Part shown: in pieces, positions 40,101 to 54,900 of the stretch
Layout of the letters: each line of letters starts with the position of its first letter
How positions within the stretch are numbered: the first letter of the stretch is position 1
Origin: Auanema rhodensis
Lineage: Eukaryota > Animalia > Nematoda
Assembly (NCBI GenBank): GCA_964057225.1
Contig: CAXKVF010000080.1
Span: 310,001 to 374,000, forward strand
Direction of reading: 5' to 3'
DNA length: 64,000 nucleotides
The notes under the pieces: model-generated
What the model was told of the DNA's origin: nothing
Seen by the model: only the letters and a program-made list of their open reading frames with translations
Databases searched by the model: none
Translations under genes and position numbers: made by a program

Positions 40101-43100
40101 GTAACTCGCTTCACGTGAAAGATAAAGAGATGCGGTTTTCAAAATTAGATTCCCCATGTCCATATTAGTCTAAAAACAAATTTTTATTGATATTGGTGCA
40201 TGGTAACCATGACTTTGAAATTTACGTGAACTTTAATTTATGCTAATTAAATGTACACGTGATGTGCACTTGGTATGTAACTCGCTTCACGTGAAAGATA
40301 AAGAGATGCGGTTTTCAAAATTAGATTCCCCATGTCCATATTAGTCTCAAAACAAATTTTTATTGATATTGGTTCATGGTAACCATGACTTTGAAATTTA
40401 CGTGAACTTTAATTTATGCTAATTAAATGTACACGTGATGTGCACTTGGTATGTAACTCGCTTCACGTGAAAGATAAAGAGATGCGGTTTTCAAAATTAG
40501 ATTCCCCATGTCCATATTAGTCTCAAAACAAATTTTTATTGATATTGGTTCATGGTAACCATGACTTTGAAATTTACGTGAACTTTAATTTATGCTAATT
40601 AAATGTACACGTGATGTGCACTTGGTATGTAACTCGCTTCAAGTGAAAGATAAAAAGATGCGGTTTTCAAAATTAGATTCCCCATGTCCATATTAGTCTA
40701 AAAACAAATTTTTATTGATATTGCTTCATGGTAACCATGACTTTGAAATTTACGTGAACTTTAATTTATGCTAATTAAATGTACACGTGATGTGCACTTG
40801 GTATGTAACTCGCTTCACGTGAAAGATAAAGAGATGCGGTTTTCAAAATTAGATTCCCCATGTCCATATTAGTCTAAAAACAAATTTTTATTGATATTGC
40901 TTCATGGTAACCATGACTTTGAAATTTACGTGAACTTTAATTTATGCTAATTAAATGTACACGTGATGTGCACTTGGTATGTAACTCGCTTCACGTGAAA
41001 GATAAAGAGATGCGGTTTTCAAAATTAGATTCCCCATGTCCATATTAGTCTAAAAACAAATTTTTATTGATATTGGTTCATGGTAACCATGACTTTGAAA
41101 TTTACGTGAACTTTAATTTATGCTAATTAAATGTACACGTGATGTGCACTTGGTATGTAACTCGCTTCACGTGAAAGATAAAGAGATGCGGTTTTCAAAA
41201 TTAGATTCCCCATGTCCATATTAGTCTAAAAACAAATTTTTATTGATATTGCTTCATGGTAACCATGACTTTGAAATTTACGTGAACTTTAATTTATGCT
41301 AATTAAATGTACACGTGATGTGCACTTGGTATGTAACTCGCTTCACGTGAAAGATAAAGAGATGCGGTTTTCAAAATTAGATTCCCCATGTCCATATTAG
41401 TCTAAAAACAAATTTTTATTGATATTGGTGCATGGTAACCATGACTTTGAAATTTACGTGAACTTTAATTTATGCTAATTAAATGTACACGTGATGTGCA
41501 CTTGGTATGTAACTCGCTTCACGTGAAAGATAAAGAGATGCGGTTTTCAAAATTAGATTCCCCATGTCCATATTAGTCTCAAAACAAATTTTTATTGATA
41601 TTGGTTCATGGTAACCATGACTTTGAAATTTACGTGAACTTTAATTTATGCTAATTAAATGTACACGTGATGTGCACTTGGTATGTAACTCGCTTCACGT
41701 GAAAGATAAAGAGATGCGGTTTTCAAAATTAGATTTCCCATGTCCATATTAGTCTAAAAACAAATTTTTATTGATATTGCTTCATGGTAACCATGACTTT
41801 GAAATTTACGTGAACTTTAATTTATGCTAATTAAATGTACACGTGATGTGCACTTGGTATGTAACTCGCTTCACGTGAAAGATAAAGAGATGCGGTTTTC
41901 AAAATTAGATTCCCCCTGTCCATATTAGTCTAAAAACAAATTTTTATTGATATTGCTTCATGGTAACCATGACTTTGAAATTTACGTAAACTTTAATTTA
42001 TGCTAATTAAATGTACACGTGATGTGCACTTGGTATGTAACTCGCTTCACGTGAAAGATAAAGAGATGCGGTTTTCAAAATTAGATTCCCCATGTCCATA
42101 TTAGTCTCAAAACAAATTTTTATTGATATTGGTTCATGGTAACCATGACTTTGAAATTTACGTGAACTTTAATTTATGCTAATTAAATGTACACGTGATG
42201 TGCACTTGGTATGTAACTCGCTTCACGTGAAAGATAAAGAGATGCGGTTTTCAAAATTAGATTCCCCATGTCCATATTAGTCTAAAAACAAATTTTTATT
42301 GATATTGCTTCATGGTAACCATGACTTTGAAATTTACGTGAACTTTAATTTATGCTAATTAAATGTACACGTGATGTGCACTTGGTATGTAACTCGCTTC
42401 ACGTGAAAGATAAAGAGATGCGGTTTTCAAAATTAGATTCCCCATGTCCATATTAGTCTAAAAACAAATTTTTATTGATATTGGTGCATGGTAACCATGA
42501 CTTTGAAATTTACGTGAACTTTAATTTATGCTAATTAAATGTACACGTGATGTGCACTTGGTATGTAACTCGCTTCACGTGAAAGATAAAGAGATGCGGT
42601 TTTCAAAATTAGATTCCCCATGTCCATATTAGTCTAAAAACAAATTTTTATTGATATTGCTTCATGGTAACCATGACTTTGAAATTTACGTGAACTTTAA
42701 TTTATGCTAATTAAATGTACACGTGATGTGCACTTGGTATGTAACTCGCTTCACGTGAAAGATAAAGAGATGCGGTTTTCAAAATTAGATTCCCCATGTC
42801 CATATTAGTCTAAAAACAAATTTTTATTGATATTGGTGCATGGTAACCATGACTTTGAAATTTACGTGAACTTTAATTTATGCTAATTAAATGTACACGT
42901 GATGTGCACTTGGTATGTAACTCGCTTCACGTGAAAGATAAAGAGATGCGGTTTTCAAAATTAGATTCCCCATGTCCATATTAGTCTCAAAACAAATTTT
43001 TATTGATATTGGTTCATGGTAACCATGACTTTGAAATTTACGTGAACTTTAATTTATGCTAATTAAATGTACACGTGATGTGCACTTGGTATGTAACTCG

Positions 43101-46100
43101 CTTCACGTGAAAGATAAAGAGATGCGGTTTTCAAAATTAGATTCCCCATGTCCATATTAGTCTCAAAACAAATTTTTATTGATATTGGTTCATGGTAACC
43201 ATGACTTTGAAATTTACGTGAACTTTAATTTATGCTAATTAAATGTACACGTGATGTGCACTTGGTATGTAACTCGCTTCAAGTGAAAGATAAAGAGATG
43301 CGGTTTTCAAAATTAGATTCCCCATGTCCATATTAGTCTAAAAACAAATTTTTATTGATATTGCTTCATGGTAACCATGACTTTGAAATTTACGTGAACT
43401 TTAATTTATGCTAATTAAATGTACACGTGATGTGCACTTGGTATGTAACTCGCTTCACGTGAAAGATAAAGAGATGCGGTTTTCAAAATTAGATTCCCCA
43501 TGTCCATATTAGTCTAAAAACAAATTTTTATTGATATTGCTTCATGGTAACCATGACTTTGAAATTTACGTGAACTTTAATTTATGCTAATTAAATGTAC
43601 ACGTGATGTGCACTTGGTATGTAACTCGCTTCACGTGAAAGATAAAGAGATGCGGTTTTCAAAATTAGATTCCCCATGTCCATATTAGTCTAAAAACAAA
43701 TTTTTATTGATATTGGTTCATGGTAACCATGACTTTGAAATTTACGTGAACTTTAATTTATGCTAATTAAATGTACACGTGATGTGCACTTGGTATGTAA
43801 CTCGCTTCACGTGAAAGATAAAGAGATGCGGTTTTCAAAATTAGATTCCCCATGTCCATATTAGTCTAAAAACAAATTTTTATTGATATTGCTTCATGGT
43901 AACCATGACTTTGAAATTTACGTGAACTTTAATTTATGCTAATTAAATGTACACGTGATGTGCACTTGGTATGTAACTCGCTTCACGTGAAAGATAAAGA
44001 GATGCGGTTTTCAAAATTAGATTCCCCATGTCCATATTAGTCTAAAAACAAATTTTTATTGATATTGGTGCATGGTAACCATGACTTTGAAATTTACGTG
44101 AACTTTAATTTATGCTAATTAAATGTACACGTGATGTGCACTTGGTATGTAACTCGCTTCACGTGAAAGATAAAGAGATGCGGTTTTCAAAATTAGATTC
44201 CCCATGTCCATATAAGTCTCAAAACAAATTTTTATTGATATTGGTTCATGGTAACCATGACTTTGAAATTTACGTGAACTTTAATTTATGCTAATTAAAT
44301 GTACACGTGATGTGCACTTGGTATGTAACTCGCTTCACGTGAAAGATAAAGAGATGCGGTTTTCAAAATTAGATTTCCCATGTCCATATTAGTCTAAAAA
44401 CAAATTTTTATTGATATTGCTTCATGGTAACCATGACTTTGAAATTTACGTAAACTTTAATTTATGCTAATTAAATGTACACGTGATGTGCACTTGGTAT
44501 GTAACTCGCTTCACGTGAAAGATAAAGAGATGCGGTTTTCAAAATTAGATTCCCCATGTCCATATTAGTCTCAAAACAAATTTTTATTGATATTGGTTCA
44601 TGGTAACCATGACTTTGAAATTTACGTGAACTTTAATTTATGCTAATTAAATGTACACGTGATGTGCACTTGGTATGTAACTCGCTTCACGTGAAAGATA
44701 AAGAGATGCGGTTTTCAAAATTAGATTCCCCATGTCCATATTAGTCTAAAAACAAATTTTTATTGATATTGCTTCATGGTAACCATGACTTTGAAATTTA
44801 CGTGAACTTTAATTTATGCTAATTAAATGTACACGTGATGTGCACTTGGTATGTAACTCGCTTCACGTGAAAGATAAAGAGATGCGGTTTTCAAAATTAG
44901 ATTCCCCATGTCCATATTAGTCTAAAAACAAATTTTTATTGATATTGGTGCATGGTAACCATGACTTTGAAATTTACGTGAACTTTAATTTATGCTAATT
45001 AAATGTACACGTGATGTGCACTTGGTATGTAACTCGCTTCACGTGAAAGATAAAGAGATGCGGTTTTCAAAATTAGATTCCCCATGTCCATATTAGTCTC
45101 AAAACAAATTTTTATTGATATTGGTTCATGGTAACCATGACTTTGAAATTTACGTGAACTTTAATTTATGCTAATTAAATGTACACGTGATGTGCACTTG
45201 GTATGTAACTCGCTTCACGTGAAAGATAAAGAGATGCGGTTTTCAAAATTAGATTCCCCATGTCCATATTAGTCTCAAAACAAATTTTTATTGATATTGG
45301 TTCATGGTAACCATGACTTTGAAATTTACGTGAACTTTAATTTATGCTAATTAAATGTACACGTGATGTGCACTTGGTATGTAACTCGCTTCACGTGAAA
45401 GATAAAGAGATGCGGTTTTCAAAATTAGATTCCCCATGTCCATATTAGTCTAAAAACAAATTTTTATTGATATTGCTTCATGGTAACCATGACTTTGAAA
45501 TTTACGTGAACTTTAATTTATGCTAATTAAATGTACACGTGATGTGCACTTGGTATGTAACTCGCTTCACGTGAAAGATAAAGAGATGCGGTTTTCAAAA
45601 TTAGATTCCCCATGTCCATATTAGTCTAAAAACAAATTTTTATTGATATTGCTTCATGGTAACCATGACTTTGAAATTTACGTGAACTTTAATTTATGCT
45701 AATTAAATGTACACGTGATGTGCACTTGGTATGTAACTCGCTTCACGTGAAAGATAAAGAGATGCGGTTTTCAAAATTAGATTCCCCATGTCCATATTAG
45801 TCTAAAAACAAATTTTTATTGATATTGGTTCATGGTAACCATGACTTTGAAATTTACGTGAACTTTAATTTATGCTAATTAAATGTACACGTGATGTGCA
45901 CTTGGTATGTAACTCGCTTCACGTGAAAGATAAAGAGATGCGGTTTTCAAAATTAGATTCCCCATGTCCATATTAGTCTAAAAACAAATTTTTATTGATA
46001 TTGCTTCATGGTAACCATGACTTTGAAATTTACGTGAACTTTAATTTATGCTAATTAAATGTACACGTGATGTGCACTTGGTATGTAACTCGCTTCACGT

Positions 46101-46816
46101 GAAAGATAAAGAGATGCGGTTTTCAAAATTAGATTCCCCATGTCCATATTAGTCTCAAAACAAATTTTTATTGATATTGGTTCATGGTAACCATGACTTT
46201 GAAATTTACGTGAACTTTAATTTATGCTAATTAAATGTACACGTGATGTGCACTTGGTATGTAACTCGCTTCATGTGAAAGATAAAGAGATGCGGTTTTC
46301 AAAATTAGATTTCCCATGTCCATATTAGTCTAAAAACAAATTTTTATTGATATTGCTTCATGGTAACCATGACTTTGAAATTTACGTGAACTTTAATTTA
46401 TGCTAATTAAATGTACACGTGATGTGCACTTGGTATGTAACTCGCTTCACGTGAAAGATAAAGAGATGCGGTTTTCAAAATTAGATTCCCCCTGTCCATA
46501 TTAGTCTAAAAACAAATTTTTATTGATATTGCTTCATGGTAACCATGACTTTGAAATTTACGTGAACTTTAATTTATGCTAATTAAATGTACACGTGATG
46601 TGCACTTGGTATGTAACTCGCTTCACGTGAAAGATAAAGAGATGCGGTTTTCAAAATTAGATTCCCCATGTCCATATTAGTCTAAAAACAAATTTTTATT
46701 GATATTGCTTCATGGTAACCATGACTTTGAAATTTACGTGAACTTTAATTTATGCTAATTAAATGTACACGTGATGTGCACTTGGTATGTAACTCGCTTC
46801 ACGTGAAAGATAAAGA
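31153..46816. repeat. Middle sub-domain, rich in C-state and A44C monomers, marker C24T (ATTTCCCAT)
   Basis: C24T is seen in monomers starting at 31153, 32913, 34497, 39073, 39601, 41713, 44353 and 46289 and not before 31 kb. Confidence 0.7.
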
Positions 46817-47344
46817 GATGCGGTTTTCAAAATTAGATTCCCCATGTCCATATTAGTCTAAAAACAAATTTTTATTGATATTGGTGCATGGTAACCATGA
46901 CTTTGAAATTTACGTGAACTTTAATTTATGCTAATTAAATGTACACGTGATGTGCACTTGGTATGTACCTCGCTTCACGTGAAAGATAAAGAGATGCGGT
47001 TTTCAAAATTAGATTCCCCAAGTCCATATTAGTCTCAAAACAAATTTTTATTGATATTGGTTCATGGTAACCATGACTTTGAAATTTACGTGAACTTTAA
47101 TTTATGTTAATTAAATGTACACGTGATGTGCACTTGGTATGTAACTCGCTTCACGTGAAAGATAAAGAGATGCGGTTTTCAAAATTAGATTCCCCGTGTC
47201 CATATTAGTCTCAAAACAAATTTTTATTGATATTGGTTCATGGTAACCATGACTTTGAAATTTACGTGAACTTTAATTTATGCTAATTAAATGTACACGT
47301 GATGTGCACTTGGTATGTAACTCGCTTCACGTGAAAGATAAAGA

Positions 47345-50300
47345 GATGCGGTTTTCAAAATTAGATTCCCCCTGTCCATATTAGTCTAAAAACAAATTTT
47401 TATTGATATTGCTTCATGGTAACCATGACTTTGAAATTTACGTGAACTTTAATTTATGCTAATTAAATGTACACGTGATGTGCACTTGGTATGTAACTCA
47501 TTTCACGTGAAAGATAAAGAGATGCGGTTTTCAAAATTAGATTCCCCATGTCCATATTAGTCTAAAAACAAATTTTTATTGATATTGCTTCATGGTAACC
47601 ATGACTTTGAAATTTACGTGAACTTTAATTTATGCTAATTAAATGTACACGTGATGTGCACTTGGTATGTAACTCGCTTCACGTGAAAGATAAAGAGATG
47701 CGGTTTTCAAAATTAGATTCCCCATGTCCATATTAGTCTAAAAACAAATTTTTATTGATATTGGTGCATGGTAACCATGACTTTGAAATTTACGTGAACT
47801 TTAATTTATGCTAATTAAATGTACACGTGATGTGCACTTGGTATGTAACTCGCTTCACGTGAAAGATAAAGAGATGCGGTTTTCAAAATTAGATTCCCCA
47901 TGTCCATATTAGTCTCAAAACAAATTTTTATTGATATTGGTTCATGGTAACCATGACTTTGAAATTTACGTGAACTTTAATTTATGCTAATTAAATGTAC
48001 ACGTGATGTGCACTTGGTATGTAACTCGCTTCACGTGAAAGATAAAGAGATGCGGTTTTCAAAATTAGATTCCCCATGTCCATATTAGTCTAAAAACAAA
48101 TTTTTATTGATATTGCTTCATGGTAACCATGACTTTGAAATTTACGTGAACTTTAATTTATGCTAATTAAATGTACACGTGATGTGCACTTGGTATGTAA
48201 CTCGCTTCACGTGAAAGATAAAGAGATGCGGTTTTCAAAATTAGATTCCCCATGTCCATATTAGTCTAAAAACAAATTTTTATTGATATTGGTGCATGGT
48301 AACCATGACTTTGAAATTTACGTGAACTTTAATTTATGCTAATTAAATGTACACGTGATGTGCACTTGGTATGTAACTCGCTTCACGTGAAAGATAAAGA
48401 GATGCGGTTTTCAAAATTAGATTCCCCATGTCCATATTAGTCTAAAAACAAATTTTTATTGATATTGGTGCATGGTAACCATGACTTTGAAATTTACGTG
48501 AACTTTAATTTATGCTAATTAAATGTACACGTGATGTGCACTTGGTATGTAACTCGCTTCACGTGAAAGATAAAGAGATGCGGTTTTCAAAATTAGATTC
48601 CCCATGTCCATATTAGTCTAAAAACAAATTTTTATTGATATTGGTTCATGGTAACCATGACTTTGAAATTTACGTGAACTTTAATTTATGCTAATTAAAT
48701 GTACACGTGATGTGCACTTGGTATGTAACTCGCTTCACGTGAAAGAAGAAGAGATGCGGTTTTCAAAATTAGATTCCCCATGTCCATATTAGTCTAAAAA
48801 CAAATTTTTATTGATATTGGTTCATGGTAACCATGACTTTCAAATTTACGTGAACTTTAATTTATGCTAATTAAATGTACACGTGATGTGCACTTGGTAT
48901 GTAACTCGCTTCACGTGAAAGATAAAGAGATGCGGTTTTCAAAATTAGATTCCCCATGTCCATATTAGTTTAAAAACAAATTTTTATTGATATTGGTGCA
49001 TGGTAACCATGACTTTGAAATTTACGTGAACTTTAATTTATGCTAATTAAATGTACACGTGATGTGCACTTGGTATGTAACTCGCTTCACGTGAAAGATA
49101 AAGAGATGCGGTTTTCAAAATTAGATTCCCCATGTCCATATTAGTCTAAAAACAAATTTTTATTGATATTGGTTCATGGTAACCATGACTTTGAAATTTA
49201 CGTGAACTTTAATTTATGCTAATTAAATGTACACGTGATGTGCACTTGGTATGTAACTCGCTTCACGTGAAAGAAGAAGAGATGCGGTTTTCAAAATTAG
49301 ATTCCCCATGTCCATATTAGTCTAAAAACAAATTTTAATTGATATTGGTTCATGGTAACCATGACTTTGAAATTTACGTGAACTTTAATTTATGCTAATT
49401 AAATGTACACGTGATGTGCACTTGGTATGTAACTCGCTTCACGTGAAAGATAAAGAGATGCGGTTTTCAAAATTAGATTCCCCATGTCCATATTAGTCTA
49501 AAAACAAATTTTTATTGATATTGGTGCATGGTAACCATGACTTTGAAATTTACGTGAACTTTAATTTATGCTAATTAAATGTACACGTGATGTGCACTTG
49601 GTATGTAACTCGCTTCACGTGAAAGATAAAGAGATGCGGTTTTCAAATTTAGATTCCCCCTGTCCATATTAGTCTAAAAACAAATTTTTATTGATATTGC
49701 TTCATGGTAACCATGACTTTGAAATTTACGTGAACTTTAATTTATGCTAATTAAATGTACACGTGATGTGCACTTGGTATGTAACTCATTTCACGTGAAA
49801 GATAAAGAGATGCGGTTTTCAAAATTAGATTCCCCATGTCCATATTAGTCTAAAAACAAATTTTTATTGATATTGCTTCATGGTAACCATGACTTTGAAA
49901 TTTACGTGAACTTTAATTTATGCTAATTAAATGTACACGTGATGTGCACTTGGTATGTAACTCGCTTCACGTGAAAGATAAAGAGATGCGGTTTTCAAAA
50001 TTAGATTCCCCATGTCCATATTAGTCTAAAAACAAATTTTTATTGATATTGGTGCATGGTAACCATGACTTTGAAATTTACGTGAACTTTAATTTATGCT
50101 AATTAAATGTACACGTGATGTGCACTTGGTATGTAACTCGCTTCACGTGAAAGATAAAGAGATGCGGTTTTCAAAATTAGATTCCCCATGTCCATATTAG
50201 TCTCAAAACAAATTTTTATTGATATTGGTTCATGGTAACCATGACTTTGAAATTTACGTGAACTTTAATTTATGCTAATTAAATGTACACGTGATGTGCA

Positions 50301-51920
50301 CTTGGTATGTAACTCGCTTCACGTGAAAGATAAAGAGATGCGGTTTTCAAAATTAGATTCCCCATGTCCATATTAGTCTAAAAACAAATTTTTATTGATA
50401 TTGCTTCATGGTAACCATGACTTTGAAATTTACGTGAACTTTAATTTATGCTAATTAAATGTACACGTGATGTGCACTTGGTATGTAACTCGCTTCACGT
50501 GAAAGATAAAGAGATGCGGTTTTCAAAATTAGATTCCCCATGTCCATATTAGTCTAAAAACAAATTTTTATTGATATTGGTGCATGGTAACCATGACTTT
50601 GAAATTTACGTGAACTTTAATTTATGCTAATTAAATGTACACGTGATGTGCACTTGGTATGTAACTCGCTTCACGTGAAAGATAAAGAGATGCGGTTTTC
50701 AAAATTAGATTCCCCATGTCCATATTAGTCTAAAAACAAATTTTTATTGATATTGGTGCATGGTAACCATGACTTTGAAATTTACGTGAACTTTAATTTA
50801 TGCTAATTAAATGTACACGTGATGTGCACTTGGTATGTAACTCGCTTCACGTGAAAGATAAAGAGATGCGGTTTTCAAAATTAGATTCCCCATGTCCATA
50901 TTAGTCTAAAAACAAATTTTTATTGATATTGGTTCATGGTAACCATGACTTTGAAATTTACGTGAACTTTAATTTATGCTAATTAAATGTACACGTGATG
51001 TGCACTTGGTATGTAACTCGCTTCACGTGAAAGAAGAAGAGATGCGGTTTTCAAAATTAGATTCCCCATGTCCATATTAGTCTAAAAACAAATTTTTATT
51101 GATATTGGTTCATGGTAACCATGACTTTCAAATTTACGTGAACTTTAATTTATGCTAATTAAATGTACACGTGATGTGCACTTGGTATGTAACTCGCTTC
51201 ACGTGAAAGATAAAGAGATGCGGTTTTCAAAATTAGATTCCCCATGTCCATATTAGTTTAAAAACAAATTTTTATTGATATTGGTGCATGGTAACCATGA
51301 CTTTGAAATTTACGTGAACTTTAATTTATGCTAATTAAATGTACACGTGATGTGCACTTGGTATGTAACTCGCTTCACGTGAAAGATAAAGAGATGCGGT
51401 TTTCAAAATTAGATTCCCCATGTCCATATTAGTCTAAAAACAAATTTTTATTGATATTGGTTCATGGTAACCATGACTTTGAAATTTACGTGAACTTTAA
51501 TTTATGCTAATTAAATGTACACGTGATGTGCACTTGGTATGTAACTCGCTTCACGTGAAAGAAGAAGAGATGCGGTTTTCAAAATTAGATTCCCCATGTC
51601 CATATTAGTCTAAAAACAAATTTTAATTGATATTGGTTCATGGTAACCATGACTTTGAAATTTACGTGAACTTTAATTTATGCTAATTAAATGTACACGT
51701 GATGTGCACTTGGTATGTAACTCGCTTCACGTGAAAGATAAAGAGATGCGGTTTTCAAAATTAGATTCCCCATGTCCATATTAGTCTAAAAACAAATTTT
51801 TATTGATATTGGTGCATGGTAACCATGACTTTGAAATTTACGTGAACTTTAATTTATGCTAATTAAATGTACACGTGATGTGCACTTGGTATGTAACTCG
51901 CTTCACGTGAAAGATAAAGA
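47345..51920. repeat. Tandem duplication of a 13-monomer block (2288 bp x2)
   Basis: 47345-49632 and 49633-51920 have the same monomer order and share GC156-157AT, G89C (48841/51129), C42T, T57A and two GAAGAAG ends at a constant 2288-bp offset. Confidence 0.9.
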
Positions 51921-54900
51921 GATGCGGTTTTCAAAATTAGATTTTTCCATGTCCATATTAGTCTAAAAACAAATTTTTATTGATATTGGTTCATGGTAAC
52001 CATGACTTTGAAATTTACGTGAACTTTAATTTATGCTAATTAAATGTACACGTGATGTGCACTTGGTATGTAACTCGCTTCACGTGAAAGATAAAGAGAT
52101 GCGGTTTTCAAAATTAGATTCCCCATGTCCATATTAGTCTAAAAACAAATTTTTATTGATATTGGTTTATGGTAACCATGACTTTGAAATTTACGTGAAC
52201 TTTAATTTATGCTAATTAAATGTACACGTGATGTGCACTTGGTATGTAACTCGCTTCACGTGAAAGAAGAAGAGATGCGGTTTTCAAAATTAGATTCCCC
52301 ATGTCCATATTAGTCTAAAAACAAATTTTTATTGATATTGGTTCATGGTAACCATGACTTTGAAATTTACGTGAACTTTAATTTATGCTAATTAAATGTA
52401 CACGTGATGTGCACTTGGTATGTAACTCGTTTCACGTGAAAGATAAAGAGATGCGGTTTTCAAAATTAGATTCCCCATGTCCATATTAGTCTAAAAACAA
52501 ATTTTTATTGATATTGGTGCATGGTAACCATGACTTTGAAATTTACGTGAACTTTAATTTATGCTAATTAAATGTACACGTGATGTGCACTTGGTATGTA
52601 ACTCGCTTCACGTGAAAGATAAAGAGATGCGGTTTTCAAAATTAGATTTTTCCATGTCCATATTAGTCTAAAAACAAATTTTTATTGATATTGGTTCATG
52701 GTAACCATGACTTTGAAATTTACGTGAACTTTAATTTATGCTAATTAAATGTACACGTGATGTGCACTTGGTATGTAACTCGCTTCACGTGAAAGATAAA
52801 GAGATGCGGTTTTCAAAATTAGATTCCCCATGTCCATATTAGTCTAAAAACAAATTTTTATTGATATTGGTGCATGGTAACCATGACTTTGAAATTTACG
52901 TGAACTTTAATTTATGCTAATTAAATGTACACGTGATGTGCACTTGGTATGTAACTCGCTTCACGTGAAAGATAAAGAGATGCGGTTTTCAAAATTAGAT
53001 TCCCCATGTCCATATTAGTCTAAAAACAAATTTTTATTGATATTGGTGCATGGTAACCATGACTTTGAAATTTACGTGAACTTTAATTTATGCTAATTAA
53101 ATGTACACGTGATGTGCACTTGGTATGTAACTCGCTTCACGTGAAAGATAAAGAGATGCGGTTTTCAAAATTAGATTCCCCATGTCCATATTAGTCTAAA
53201 AACAAATTTTTATTGATATTGGTTTATGGTAACCATGACTTTGAAATTTACGTGAACTTTAATTTATGCTAATTAAATGTACACGTGATGTGCACTTGGT
53301 ATGTAACTCGCTTCACGTGAAAGAAGAAGAGATGCGGTTTTCAAAATTAGATTCCCCATGTCCATATTAGTCTAAAAACAAATTTTTATTGATATTGGTT
53401 CATGGTAACCATGACTTTGAAATTTACGTGAACTTTAATTTATGCTAATTAAATGTACACGTGATGTGCACTTGGTATGTAACTCGTTTCACGTGAAAGA
53501 TAAAGAGATGCGGTTTTCAAAATTAGATTCCCCATGTCCATATTAGTCTAAAAACAAATTTTTATTGATATTGGTGCATGGTAACCATGACTTTGAAATT
53601 TACGTGAACTTTAATTTATGCTAATTAAATGTACACGTGATGTGCACTTGGTATGTAACTCGCTTCACGTGAAAGATAAAGAGATGCGGTTTTCAAAATT
53701 AGATTTTTCCATGTCCATATTAGTCTAAAAACAAATTTTTATTGATATTGGTTCATGGTAACCATGACTTTGAAATTTACGTGAACTTTAATTTATGCTA
53801 ATTAAATGTACACGTGATGTGCACTTGGTATGTAACTCGCTTCACGTGAAAGATAAAGAGATGCGGTTTTCAAAATTAGATTCCCCATGTCCATATTAGT
53901 CTAAAAACAAATTTTTATTGATATTGGTGCATGGTAACCATGACTTTGAAATTTACGTGAACTTTAATTTATGCTAATTAAATGTACACGTGATGTGCAC
54001 TTGGTATGTAACTCGCTTCACGTGAAAGATAAAGAGATGCGGTTTTCAAAATTAGATTCCCCATGTCCATATTAGTCTAAAAACAAATTTTTATTGATAT
54101 TGGTGCATGGTAACCATGACTTTGAAATTTACGTGAACTTTAATTTATGCTAATTAAATGTACACGTGATGTGCACTTGGTATGTAACTCGCTTCACGTG
54201 AAAGATAAAGAGATGCGGTTTTCAAAATTAGATTCCCCATGTCCATATTAGTCTAAAAACAAATTTTTATTGATATTGGTTCATGGTAACCATGACTTTG
54301 AAATTTACGTGAACTTTAATTTATGCTAATTAAATGTACACGTGATGTGCACTTGGTATGTAACTCGCTTCACGTGAAAGATAAAGAGATGCGGTTTTCA
54401 AAATTAGATTCCCCATGTCCATATTAGTCCAAAAACAAATTTTTATTGATATTGCTTCATGGTAACCATGACTTTGAAATTTACGTGAACTTTAATTTAT
54501 GCTAATTAAATGTACACGTGATGTGCACTTGGTATGTAACTCGCTTCACGTGAAAGATAAAGAGATGCGGTTTTCAAAATTAGATTCCCCATGTCCATAT
54601 TAGTCTAAAAACAAATTTTTATTGATATTGGTGCATGGTAACCATGACTTTGAAATTTACGTGAACTTTAATTTATGCTAATTAAATGTACACGTGATGT
54701 GCACTTGGTATGTAACTCGCTTCACGTGAAAGAAGAAGAGATGCGGTTTTCAAAATTAGATTCCCCATGTCCATATTAGTCTAAAAACAAATTTTTATTG
54801 ATATTGGTTCATGGTAACCATGACTTTGAAATTTACGTGAACTTTAATTTATGCTAATTAAATGTACACGTGATGTGCACTTGGTATGTAACTCGCTTCA

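Noticed and set aside
44112-44294. 60-aa ORF from the ORF track (MLIKCTRDV...FNLC)
   Set aside because: It is about one monomer read through because a singleton T-to-A change at 44214 turns the TAG present in other copies into AAG. It has no recognisable domain or gene context, and a frame with a single stop over 60 codons is not improbable by chance.
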